A stretch of DNA of 64,000 bases, from contig LT599018.1 in assembly GCA_900079685.1 (NCBI GenBank), forward strand, positions 2,909,990 to 2,973,989, read 5' to 3'. Positions 30,126 to 39,090 of this stretch are shown in pieces (the stretch's first letter is position 1; the number at the start of each line of letters is the position of its first letter). The position numbers and the translations under genes are program-made. Source of the DNA: an uncultured delta proteobacterium. Its GTDB lineage: Bacteria > Desulfobacterota > Desulfovibrionia > Desulfovibrionales > Desulfovibrionaceae. The notes under the pieces are model-generated. The model was not told the DNA's origin. It worked only from the letters and a program-made list of their open reading frames with translations, and ran no database searches.

Positions 30126-30650
30126 CTATTCCTTTGTGTGGTTGGGGTTAAAAACAAAAACAGGCTCGACCCGCTGAAGAGACTCCAGCGGAACGAGCCC
30201 GAAATACCTGCTGTCAAAACTGCCTTCATGATCGGCCAGCACCAAGGCCATGCCCGTGGGGATGACGCCGGAGCGCAGAACCGAAGGCATGGGCTGCCCC
30301 TGGCTGTCCACCGTGCGGATAGCCAGGGCGGCGGCATCTATATGCTCGCCCGGCAGGCCTGCCAGGCGTTTAAGGAGCGGACGCAGGCCGCTCTCGCAGG
30401 AACCGGCCCGGAGGTAGCCGCGCTCTTTGGCCAGAGACGCAAACTCACCGCGCAGGCAAAAGCTGACCAGATCGCCTTTGGCGAGGTCAACGGAACCATG
30501 TTCCGGCGCGAGGCGGTAAATGCCTTTGGGCAAGGACGGTGTGGGGTTGATGCGCAGGCCGGAAGCGTGGGTCAGCAGCCCGGTCAGCAGCAGACAGAGG
30601 CCAACGAAAAGCCAGCCCAGCACTCGGCTATTCCATAAAATAGCGTTCAC
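30126..30650 (-). CDS. traF: conjugative-transfer signal peptidase TraF (S26 family)
   Basis: About 174 aa from a GTG start. One TM helix, then PSLPKGIY...GDLV...DSRYFG, a block typical of TraF/TrbI-processing peptidases. Located next to traG. Confidence 0.7.
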   Translation of the reverse strand: MNAILWNSRVLGWLFVGLCLLLTGLLTHASGLRINPTPSLPKGIYRLAPEHGSVDLAKGDLVSFCLRGEFASLAKERGYLRAGSCESGLRPLLKRLAGLPGEHIDAAALAIRTVDSQGQPMPSVLRSGVIPTGMALVLADHEGSFDSRYFGLVPLESLQRVEPVFVFNPNHTKE

Positions 30651-31590
30651 TGGAGTTCTCCTGTGCGGGCTTCGGAGCGGCTTCGGCTTCCGGCGCGGGT
30701 TTGGTGGAGGATGCAGACGGATTGGCCGAGTACCAGGACGCGGGGCGCGGCTGATACAGGGAATCGCTGATGCCGCTGGGATAGACAGCATTCAGGCCGG
30801 GAACCGGCACCTTGGCGCGGGCGGCAAAGACGGGATCGAAGAAGTACAGGATCTGTCGCCCGTAAATGGGCGACTGGCCAGCGGTGAACACCAGCATATC
30901 GCCTGGCTTCACCACGCGGCCCTGACTGTCCTTTTCCGGGCCGGGCAGCCTCATGCACTCGTCAGGTGTGAGCAGCGGCCTGGCCGTTTCCGTGACGTTG
31001 ACTGAGGCGTTTTTCATGTGGCCGGTGCGCGAACCGGAGAGCGACACCTTTTCTTCCACGACAGTGGTTTTCCCGGTCATGTCCGAAAGGTTTTTAGCAG
31101 TTTCAATGGTGTTCGGTGCGTAGGCAATTCGCACATGGCAGTTGGCCATGAGGGCGTTATCCTTGCCGTACACGCCGTTAAGCTGGGTAATGTCCTGAAC
31201 GATGATGTAAACTTTGCCGCCGTAGCCCGCGATGTAGGCTAGGGCCTTTTCCATGATCGGCAGCTTGCCCAAGGACGTGAACTCGTCCAGCAACAGTAAA
31301 AGCCTGTGCTTGTACCCGGCCTTGCTGGAACCGTCCGCAAACTCCATTTTGGAGCAAATCCGGCGCACGATCATATCCACCATGAGCCGCAGGAGGGGCC
31401 GCATCCGATCGATGTCCGCCGGGGAAATCACCAGGTAGAGGTTCACCGGCTTGTCATGGTTCATGAGGTCATGGATGCGGAAGTCGCAATGGCCGGTATT
31501 GAGCGCCACAACAGGATCGCGGTACAGCGCCAGGTTGGTCAGGGCCGTGGAGACAACGCCGCTCGCTTCATTCTCCGCCTTGTTCGTCAA
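30628..31590 (-). pseudogene. traG: type IV coupling protein TraG/VirD4, C-terminal half only
   Basis: 320 aa matching the C-terminal half of coupling proteins (LLLLLDEFTSLGKL, GGKVYIIVQDITQL, RPLLTPDE). There is no ATG, an in-frame TAA lies just upstream, and the sequence switches abruptly to AT-rich DNA at about 31591. Confidence 0.8.
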
Positions 31591-31900
31591 GCAGTTTTAT
31601 CTATTTGGAAAATAAAGAGAAATATAAGGCGAAGGCATTTTATACCAGCTTTTATACCAGCAGTTTTTGAAGCTACAGACGGATGTAAGTAGATGGTAAA
31701 AGACGATCTTTGATGGACCATATAACTTTTACGACTGCGTTGGACCTGTCCGAGTTACTAATTTATATAATTAGATGATTTTATTAAATAAAAATATTTT
31801 ACTAACTTTTATACCAACAAAATGCATAGATATAAGCAAATGTTCATGGACATGGCTGGTCATTAGCAAAAAGTGGTGTGCGGGATACTTTACAAAAAAA

Positions 31901-33160
31901 CATTGCTGTCCGGCTAAGCACCCAATTCTAATAGGCTGAGATGTTGAAGATTATCTTTTCTTCGCCGTCGTGGATTCAGGAGTTCTTCCAGAGACGCCGA
32001 ACCGAGCAGGTTGAGCTGGATGAGTTGGAAAAGTTGCTGCACGGACATCCCGATGCGGCTGAGGAATTTTTGGTACGCCAGCAGCAGGTACACCGTCAGG
32101 GCCGTGTAGACTTGAATCAGTACCGCGTTTTCCGAGTTGCCGACAAAGGTCTTTATGCGCAGATTTTGTTTGATTTCCTTGAAGAAAAGCTCGATTTGCC
32201 AGCGGTCTTTATAGATGTCGGCAATGGTTTTTGGCGAGAGCCGGAAGTTATTGGTTAAAAACTCGTAATGTTTTCCGGTTTTCTGGTCGCGGTAGCCAAT
32301 ACGCCGCAGCCGCAGGCCTTTTCCCCGACTGACGACCTCAATGATGTGATCGGAAGTGACACCGGTCCCCCGGCGCACCGGGCGGCGCTCCAAAAGCTTA
32401 TAAACGGCGTTGCGTTTGAGGCGGGTCACGAAAAAGCTGGCTTTTTCCTCAAGGGCTCGAAACCAGGGGTAGCTGATGTACGCCTTGTCAAAAACCACTA
32501 TGGAGGCTTTGGGCAGTTCCAGGGATTGAGCCATACGACTTTCATGTGTTTTGGCGTCGGTGACGGTTACGAAAGCCGGGATATGCCCGTCATGGTCCAG
32601 CAGGGTGTGCATTTTGACGCCGCCTTTGGCTTGGCGGAACGAAGCCCATGGGAAGAGCGAAAGGCAAAGCTTGATGGTGGTAGCGTCCAAGCTGAACAGC
32701 TTGGATTTGAAGCGAAATTTGTGCTTCGGAGTTTTTGTCGCGCACAAGCCGTACATTTCGGCGAACAGGTCATGAAAAAAGCCCACGGGCCGGGAGTTGT
32801 TCGCATCAGCGAACGTTGAGCGGGCCACGTTTTTCAGGCCCCAGTGGTACAAGCGGTTCCCGGCTGCGGCCAGGCAACGCAACCCATCGCGCATGGAGCG
32901 CCTTGCGGCAAGCTGTATGAAGGCCATGGCGGTGAACTGCTCCTTGAAGCCGAATTTGCGTGAGGCCCGCCCTACTTTGTGCCGGTGTTCGAGCTTTTGA
33001 AAAACATGTCTGGGAATCAGAGATAGCATCTGGGAGAAAAGTGTATTATGGTGACTCATGTCCAAAATCTCCTTGTGTGGCAAAGTTTTTCGCAAACTCT
33101 TTATACCACATCGCATTGAGATTTTGGACTTTTTTCTTAACCCTTAGCCGGACAGCAATG
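31901..33160 (-). mobile_element. IS4-like insertion sequence, copy 2 (1260 bp)
   Basis: Inverted repeats CATTGCTGTCCGGCTAAG / CTTAGCCGGACAGCAATG. Perfect 9-bp target duplication ACAAAAAAA at 31892-31900 and 33161-33169. Confidence 0.9.
31914..33059 (-). CDS. IS4-family DDE transposase (diverged paralogue of 18808..19956)
   Basis: 382 aa with the same N-terminus MSHHNTLFSQMLSLIPRHVFQKLE. Roughly three quarters of residues are shared with copy 1 by eye. Confidence 0.85.
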   Translation of the reverse strand: MSHHNTLFSQMLSLIPRHVFQKLEHRHKVGRASRKFGFKEQFTAMAFIQLAARRSMRDGLRCLAAAGNRLYHWGLKNVARSTFADANNSRPVGFFHDLFAEMYGLCATKTPKHKFRFKSKLFSLDATTIKLCLSLFPWASFRQAKGGVKMHTLLDHDGHIPAFVTVTDAKTHESRMAQSLELPKASIVVFDKAYISYPWFRALEEKASFFVTRLKRNAVYKLLERRPVRRGTGVTSDHIIEVVSRGKGLRLRRIGYRDQKTGKHYEFLTNNFRLSPKTIADIYKDRWQIELFFKEIKQNLRIKTFVGNSENAVLIQVYTALTVYLLLAYQKFLSRIGMSVQQLFQLIQLNLLGSASLEELLNPRRRRKDNLQHLSLLELGA

Positions 33161-33555
33161 ACAAAAAAAGCACCCGTATCACGTTATAGCGTGGCGCGGG
33201 CGCTTTAGTTACAGGTTATTTGCCTTATAAACAACTAATAGCCAGGAATGTTTTTAATGCGTAATCCAGTGCCATAGCAGCCTTGGTCATTGCATGCCAT
33301 TGGGGGCATCCTGCGGTCTAAATTCAAAAACGCGGTCCTCACACATGACCAGCACCATGTTCATCAGTTCTTAGAAAGATAATGTACTATCAAATTTATT
33401 AAAATAAAATAAGGTGTTTTTTACAATCCCCTGTTAAATCAATGCATTCTGAATGTAATGCATTCATTTAGTTGCACAAACTGCCTAAAGCATATATCAT
33501 TTATAAGTGAAGCAAAATTTATTGTTCTTGATACCAATCTCGAAAGGAGAAAAAT

Positions 33556-33695
33556 ATGTCTTATACTGCGGAAATAAGTCGAGGAAATCCCACTGCTTTT
33601 TTATTTTTGATAGACCAATCTGGTTCTATGGAAGACAAGATGTCATCTGGGCGCTCTAAAGCACAACAACTTGCCGATGTACTTATTCGCCTTGA
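33556..33695 (+). pseudogene. von Willebrand factor A (vWA) domain protein, 5' stub only
   Basis: MSYTAEISRGNPTAFLFLIDQSGSMEDKMSSGRSKAQQLADVL contains the MIDAS motif DxSxS. GGAGAA precedes the ATG. Beyond about 33695 the frame runs antisense to another gene and composition changes. Confidence 0.6.
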
Positions 33696-33957
33696 TGATT
33701 TTCGGCTGTGCGGGCGATGCAGCAGGGGGCGCTTTGCTTTTGTTTTCAGGGGCCGGACACGCGGGCGCTTGCTTTTTAGAGTTTCTGATAAACTGGCAAA
33801 GCGTGATGTAGGCCATGGAAATACGCCCGTCTTTGGTCAGCTCCTCATGAATGAGCCGCTTGCTGTATCCTTGCTCCATCATTTGAAAAATTGTTTCCTT
33901 CCAGGCCCGGTACTGGATTTTTGCCTTGTGGTGGCGAAGGCGCTCATGGGCTGGCAT
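33643..33957 (-). CDS. hypothetical protein; its 3' end runs into the vWA stub
   Basis: 104-aa ORF (MPAHERLRHHKAKIQYRAWKETIFQMMEQGYSKRLIHEEL...). Its last roughly 15 codons lie in the AT-rich vWA fragment, so the native C-terminus is probably lost. Confidence 0.4.
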   Translation of the reverse strand: MPAHERLRHHKAKIQYRAWKETIFQMMEQGYSKRLIHEELTKDGRISMAYITLCQFIRNSKKQAPACPAPENKSKAPPAASPAQPKIIKANKYIGKLLCFRAPR

Positions 33958-34147
33958 GACAACTACCCTCCGATCGCACTTCGCAGACTTTGGCCTTGAT
34001 CAGGTTCTCAATTCGCGGCGGCAACTCTTCGCCATTTTCGATTTTCTTCCTGATTTTCCTGTAATGCCGGATTGAATAACCCAATAATTCCGCAGCTTTC
34101 TCATGCGAACCCAATGAGGCGCACAAGAAAAACACAGCATGTTCCAC
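33944..34147 (-). CDS. small HTH-like regulatory protein
   Basis: GTG start preceded by AAGGAG (the track ORF extends to 34198). LGSHEKAAELLGYSIRHYRKIRKKI looks like an HTH. Overlaps the next gene by 14 nt. Confidence 0.4.
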   Translation of the reverse strand: MEHAVFFLCASLGSHEKAAELLGYSIRHYRKIRKKIENGEELPPRIENLIKAKVCEVRSEGSCHASP

Positions 34148-34282
34148 AAGATAACTCCTTGTTTTAATAGATTTATATCTTCCTCGTGTTATAAACATGT
34201 ATTTTCTGATTTACAAGGTCGTAAAATCCGGGTATGAAATTTTTCAGAAGAGAAGTCCAAGACAATGAAAAGGAGGCGTGAA

Positions 34283-34594
34283 ATGCCACAAGACGATTTC
34301 CCGCAACGGTTTGAACGCGCCTATGTGGCTCTCGTTAATGAAAGAGCCATGCTCAGAGGCTATAAAAAAGGCGAATTCGCCGCCAAGCTGTGGCCCTGGA
34401 TGAAGCCCAAAGTCGCGGCAACGCGCTGGAACGCCATACGGGAAAAGGCAGTTCATACCGGCAAGCCACAGAGCGTAACCATTGCGGACGCCCTGCGTAT
34501 GGCGGACGCCCTAGGCGAGGATGTTGGCTATCTCATGGTAATCGCAAAAGAAAGCGTCAGAAAGGAATTCTCTGACGCGGGAAAAAAGGAGTAG
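34283..34594 (+). CDS. XRE/phage-repressor-like HTH protein
   Basis: The ATG at 34283 is preceded by AGGAGG. 103 aa with GYKKGEFAAKLW...VTIADALRMADALG. Confidence 0.45.
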   Translation: MPQDDFPQRFERAYVALVNERAMLRGYKKGEFAAKLWPWMKPKVAATRWNAIREKAVHTGKPQSVTIADALRMADALGEDVGYLMVIAKESVRKEFSDAGKKE

Positions 34595-34598
34595 TTTT

Positions 34599-34823
34599 AT
34601 GGATCAGCAAGACAAGCATGAAGACTTGCGCAAGGTGGAGGGAAAAGCCGAAGAGCTTGTGTCGCTTACACTTGAGGTGTGCGAAAAGCGGCTTACGGAT
34701 TCGCGCAACCTTTCGCCGGAGCATGTCGCGCTGTCATCGGCTGCCATGTCCGTTCGCCAGTCCGTGAAGACGTTCCTGGCGGTAACGGGCATTCCCGGCA
34801 TGGAGGAAAGCGAAGCGGAGTAG
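34599..34823 (+). CDS. hypothetical protein
   Basis: 74-aa ORF, 4 nt after the previous stop, with AAGGAG upstream. Confidence 0.35.
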   Translation: MDQQDKHEDLRKVEGKAEELVSLTLEVCEKRLTDSRNLSPEHVALSSAAMSVRQSVKTFLAVTGIPGMEESEAE

Positions 34824-34894
34824 CAATTTTTTTTGCCTATTTATATCAGAATTTCTGATTTTTAATACCGGATAATCCATTCCAAGGAAAACTT

Positions 34895-35164
34895 ATGGCA
34901 TCGGAGCAAATACTTACCAACAACATTGATGACGCCCTGGAGCGCTTGCTTGCTCCGGTCGCGGAAGTGGAGAGGCTGAAGCGAAAAGAATACCTGACGC
35001 CGGAAGAGGTTGAGCTTGTCTATGGCCTGAAACCCAAGACTTTGGCCAACAAAAGAATGAAGGCGCAAGGCCCGGAGTACATCAAGGACGGGGAGCGGAT
35101 TCTTTACAAGCAGCAGGCCGTAAAGAAGTACCTGGAGGCAAAAACGGTCAGGACGCGCCCGTGA
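34895..35164 (+). CDS. excisionase/AlpA-like HTH DNA-binding protein
   Basis: 89 aa. YLTPEEVELVYGLKPKTLANKRMKAQGPEYIKDG resembles MerR-type excisionase HTH proteins. Located near an integrase fragment. Confidence 0.5.
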   Translation: MASEQILTNNIDDALERLLAPVAEVERLKRKEYLTPEEVELVYGLKPKTLANKRMKAQGPEYIKDGERILYKQQAVKKYLEAKTVRTRP

Positions 35165-35253
35165 TGGCGTTCCGCTCTTCCATAAAACCATGACAAGCCC
35201 CATTGCTGGAGCTTGTCATGGTTGTCCTTCAAGAGCGTGAGGGAGGTTCACTG

Positions 35254-35529
35254 TTACTCTCTGGTTGTGACCGCCTGTTCCAAGACCAGACGGATATAGC
35301 GCGTATAGGGCATTCCTTCCGCTTCGGCCCGAACTTTCACAGCGTTCAACAGGCCTTGCGGAAGGCGCATGTTGAGTGCGGCGCTTTTTGCTTCAAACTC
35401 AAATTTGACGGGCGCGAAACCAGACAGATCGTACTCCGACAAATCGGCTGACTCAACAAAAGCCTCGGCGTCCGCATCGGTTTTCAACGAAGGCATTTGT
35501 TTAAGGTCTTGCTTTTTCATAATGGTCAA
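35254..35529 (-). CDS. brnA: BrnA-family antitoxin
   Basis: C-terminal ribbon-helix-helix block LNMRLPQGLLNAVKVRAEAEGMPYTRYIRLVLE. Lies immediately downstream of, and overlaps, the BrnT-like gene. Confidence 0.7.
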   Translation of the reverse strand: MTIMKKQDLKQMPSLKTDADAEAFVESADLSEYDLSGFAPVKFEFEAKSAALNMRLPQGLLNAVKVRAEAEGMPYTRYIRLVLEQAVTTRE

Positions 35530-35800
35530 CCTCTTTCTGGTGCATGTAACGGGCGCTAATAGGTCGGATAAACGTTTGCCCGCCGATCAGGCGGAACATA
35601 AAAACAAGAAACAGGTAGCGTCCCGCTTTTGTTTTCCCGATGGCCCGCATACGCGGCTCATCAGGGTGGGGGTCTGGCATTACCGAGGGAGCTGATGCAA
35701 AGAATTCTTCAATTTCTTCCCTTGAAACGCCGTGCTTGCCGCACTTCGGCCAATTCCCCTCATCCCAATCAAAGCCAGCTATATCTATTTTCATGTTCAT
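35501..35800 (-). CDS. brnT: BrnT-family (DUF497) ribonuclease toxin
   Basis: FDWDEGNWPKCGKHGVSREEIEEFF ... RAIGKTKAGRYLFLVF ... IRPISARYMHQKE are typical BrnT blocks. Confidence 0.7.
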   Translation of the reverse strand: MNMKIDIAGFDWDEGNWPKCGKHGVSREEIEEFFASAPSVMPDPHPDEPRMRAIGKTKAGRYLFLVFMFRLIGGQTFIRPISARYMHQKEVDHYEKARP

Positions 35801-35917
35801 CCTACACCAACGTAAAGACATTTGTCTACACAATATGGATTTATATAAAGCACACCAAGGAAAAAATCAAGAGACATTTCTTCAGGCCAGAACGCTGAGC
35901 CAGGCGCAGTTAAAGGG

Positions 35918-36568
35918 CTATATCTTTTTATGTCGCGGGATAACGCGCTTCACCGTTTCAGTAGCTTGGCCCTTGGAAAATATCCCTTGCACAAGGGCAA
36001 CCGTCTGGCTTTTTTTGTCCGGGCACAAGTGGGAGTAGCGCTTGGTCATGTCCGGGCTGCTATGGCCGACCATTTCACCAATAACATAGAGCGGAACGCC
36101 CTCCATGGCCAGCCAACTGCAATAGGTGTGACGAAGAGTATGGAAAACAACTTTGTGCCTGCGATCAACATTGGGCGGATTCAGCCCGGCGTCCGCCACC
36201 GCCCGCGCAAAGCTGTTGGTGGCGGAATCAGAGCCAAGCTGCGTTCCCTTTTTGCTGGGGAACAAAAACTCCAATCCATTTTTGCCTGCTACAACCCGTT
36301 CCAACGTTTCATGCACAAGGTCATTGACCGGGATGGAGCGCCTGCCGGTTTTGCCCTCCAGGTGCAGTACGCTGTTTTTCAAGTCCACATCCTGCGGGCG
36401 CAGGCCCAAGATCTCCGAAAGCCGCATCCCGGTATTCAGGGAGATCAGGCTGACGTCATGCCAAAGCTGGCTGCGCTTCTTGACAGCGGCAAGAAGCGTT
36501 TGCGCCTCATCCGCCGTCAAAAAGCGGTCGCGGGCATTGTCCACCTTGGGCAGCTTTACCCTGTCCAT
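35918..36568 (-). pseudogene. tyrosine recombinase, catalytic domain only
   Basis: Catalytic residues are in context (TGMRLSE, HTLRHTYCSWL, GHSSPDMTKRYSH). The N-terminal core-binding domain is absent and the IS30 end abuts at 36592. Confidence 0.75.
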
Positions 36569-36591
36569 CGGCTTCGGGCCGGAATCGCGGT

Positions 36592-37347
36592 TTCAAGTTC
36601 AAAGTGCAACACCCAGTCCTTGGGTATTGGCGTCTTCTAAAAAAACTTCATAGGGTGTCTTAAACCCAAGGCATTTTCTAGGCCGCCAGTTCAAGCGGCA
36701 CATTGCCGCTATGATCTCATCTTGCGTGACCGATGCCAAGCTTACCCCCTTGGGGAAGTATTGGCGTAGAAGGCCATTGGAGTTCTCGTTCAAGCCACGC
36801 TCCCACGAATGGTAGGGGTGCGCAAAAAATCCCTGAGCCTCGAGTGTAGCTGACACATCGGCATGGTAGCTGAACTCCTTGCCGTTATCATAGGTAATAG
36901 TCTGAACAAAGTCCTTAATGGGTGTCAAGAGTCCTTCAATGACCCGCCTTACTTCGCTGGCGCTTTTGTTGGGAGCCTTGCCAAACAGGAAAAGACGACT
37001 TTTACGCTCTGCAAGTGTCACCAAAACGGGGCCTCCTTTACTGCCTTCAACGGTATCAGCCTCCCAATCACCAAGGCGTGAGCGCTCGGCAACAATGGAC
37101 GGGCGTATGTCTATGCTGATACGCCCCTTGATTTGACCTCGTCTGTCGGGTTTGCCATATCGTCGTTTGCGTTTGCGCTGGCAGCGCAAATGGCTGTGCA
37201 GCGTTCCTCCTCGTTTTTTGTCCGCCAGAATGTACTGGTAAATCCATTCATGACTGAGGGCAAAACCTTTGCGTTTGAGAACTCCAGAGATTTGCTCCGG
37301 ACTGAAGTCCTGGTGCAGACACTGTTCAACATACGTCCATACCTCAA
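36592..37347 (-). mobile_element. IS30-family element, 5'-truncated copy
   Basis: The transposase ORF (36599..37347) lacks about 75 N-terminal residues. Identity with the window-start copy ends exactly at 37347. A terminal repeat lies at 36592-36614. Confidence 0.85.
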
Positions 37348-38150
37348 ACCGCGGCGGCGAAATCACGAAATAGCTCTACATACGGATAATCAGTTGATTC
37401 TCGGTCTTTGGCTGCATTCGGATAGACCATCAACTCATGTGCAGAGGCATCTTTCAGACCTGGAGCCTTGAGGTAGGGGGTAATAGCTTCGGCCCCAAAA
37501 GGTAATCCAATTCTACGGATGTCTTTGCCAGTCTGAACCCAGTCAATAGACCCATGCAGTTTAGTAAGCCGGGCGACCCCTTCCAGGTATCGGGGTTCAC
37601 CCCGAATGCCCGGCGGATTGTAGTGCATATCAAGGTCTAGCCGCGAAGAACGGAAAATCGGCATTAGCTGACCGACAAAACGATCCAGCAAATGTAGTCC
37701 TGCCAATTCAGCCCCGGCCTCAATGAGCCGGTCATAGTTGGTGGTGAAAATATTCAACCGATCACGCGTGCCTGAGCGACTGGCAAAACTCATAAGAAAC
37801 GTAACCAATGTATTGAAAGCGAACTCCTGTTTGCTTCCTTCGGCTTCCGCTATGGCGGTTTCATTTTTAAGAATGGAATGAGAAAAGGCATCCATCGCGG
37901 CAGCGATCTCTGTTTGCAGAGTTTCTGCCTTGTCCTTTTCCCCAAGAATCTCTAAACCACGCAATAGTTCATTGGCGACGCGAAGCTGATCTTCCAGATT
38001 CCCCTGTTTCCTGCCGGTTTTGCCTGCCGCCTCTTGAGCTGCCGCACCAATTTCATCTTTAAAACTGGGTAGGTTCGCCTCTCCCATGCCTGCGGCTTGT
38101 TTGTCAGACGCCAGGCTATGCACTGCATTGGTGAGCCCGGAGCCTACCAT
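37348..38150 (-). pseudogene. SIR2-like (SIR2_2 type) defence-associated protein, 3'-truncated by IS30
   Basis: FTTNYDRLIE and LTKLHGSIDW motifs. The reading frame runs straight into the truncated IS30. Confidence 0.65.
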
Positions 38151-38164
38151 ACCATCAACCCATC

Positions 38165-38559
38165 TTGTCGTTATTTCATGGAATGACCCCTTGGGACGTA
38201 TTATTGAAACCTACCGTGACTTGGGGCGCGCCTCCCAGGTCACTCTTCTTGTTGGCCCAAGCCTGGCCTCGCTTCAGCAACTGACAGAGCGGGGAGCTTT
38301 GTACACGGAGTATCAGCAAGGCATTGAGAAACGAAAGATAGGCCTGGATGCTGTGAAAAAACAGGAAGATGCAGAACTTGCGGCAATCAGGGAAAAGTGG
38401 GCAACCAAACGTAGTGAGCTGGAAAAACTAAATATCGCCAAGAAAAATCGTCGCAGCCTGATCCAACTCGCCCGTAAGCATGAGGCTGAAGAAAGAGCCA
38501 TGGCAAAATTGCCGTATCAGACTCCCCGGAATAACGGCACGGTGCGGGCCTCGCCGTAA
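38165..38559 (+). pseudogene. startless coding fragment (coiled-coil; mobile-element protein C-terminus?)
   Basis: Open frame ...LGRIIETYRDLGRASQVTLLVGP...YQQGIEKRKIGLDAVKKQEDAELAAIREKWATKRSELEKL... with no start codon before residue 140. Confidence 0.3.
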
Positions 38560-38880
38560 TGGGACTCCATGTAGTCTATCTGACCGAGACCAAGCCTCCT
38601 GAACAATGTTCGGCTCAAGACCTAATCGATGAATTGGTAAGGCGGGCTTTGCAAAAGAGGGATAAGTCTGAGGTAGCTGGTGAGGTCGCCAGTTCATGGT
38701 TCCCAACTGAAAAGAAATAGTCCAGTCCACAAATGAAGCGGGATAAAGGGATTTTCCCCTTTGTCCCGTTTTTCTATCCTGCTAATCCCATTGGATATAT
38801 ACAGAACCACTCCAAATCACTCCTTTTGCTCCATTCGGCAATGAAAAAAGGACTTTCGGTGTTATCCGAAAGTCCTTGAT

Positions 38881-38935
38881 TTCTCTGGCTCCCCGGGACG
38901 GGGTTGAACCGCCGACCTAGTGATTAACAGTCACC
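38881..38935 (-). repeat. tRNA-Asn 3'-end copy (att-type direct repeat, left)
   Basis: 55 bp identical to 46265-46319 (50 nt of the tRNA 3' end plus 5 nt). It has its own terminator-like hairpin at 38851-38877. Confidence 0.9.
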
Positions 38936-39039
38936 TATAAAGATAAGTAATTTCAGTTAATTATAATTTAACCATTTGGAATTGCATGGCTTTGCAAGCG
39001 CATGAATGTGTACGAAATTTCAGGCTTTTTCAGCTCAAG

Positions 39040-39084
39040 TGGAGCAAAATTGGAGCAAATGGAGCAGGCGTTTTCTCTGCTCCA
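39040..39084. repeat. TGGAGCA repeat cluster (candidate integrase arm-type sites)
   Basis: TGGAGCA at 39040, 39051 and 39060; inverted TGCTCCA at 39078. Confidence 0.5.
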
Positions 39085-39090
39085 CCGAAC

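Noticed and set aside
30651-30791. Upstream ATG (30791) as the traF start
   Set aside because: It would overlap the traG 3' end by about 160 nt and add a Pro/Arg-rich non-homologous extension. The GTG at 30650 gives a protein of typical TraF length.
33556-33999. 147-aa ORF taken as a complete vWA gene
   Set aside because: Only the first roughly 45 residues look like a vWA protein. The rest is the antisense reading of the 33643-33957 gene across a composition breakpoint.
38428-38730. 100-aa minus-strand ORF where an integrase might be expected beside the tRNA fragment
   Set aside because: I translated all three minus frames and found no integrase-like N-terminus or any motif. It is probably non-coding debris.
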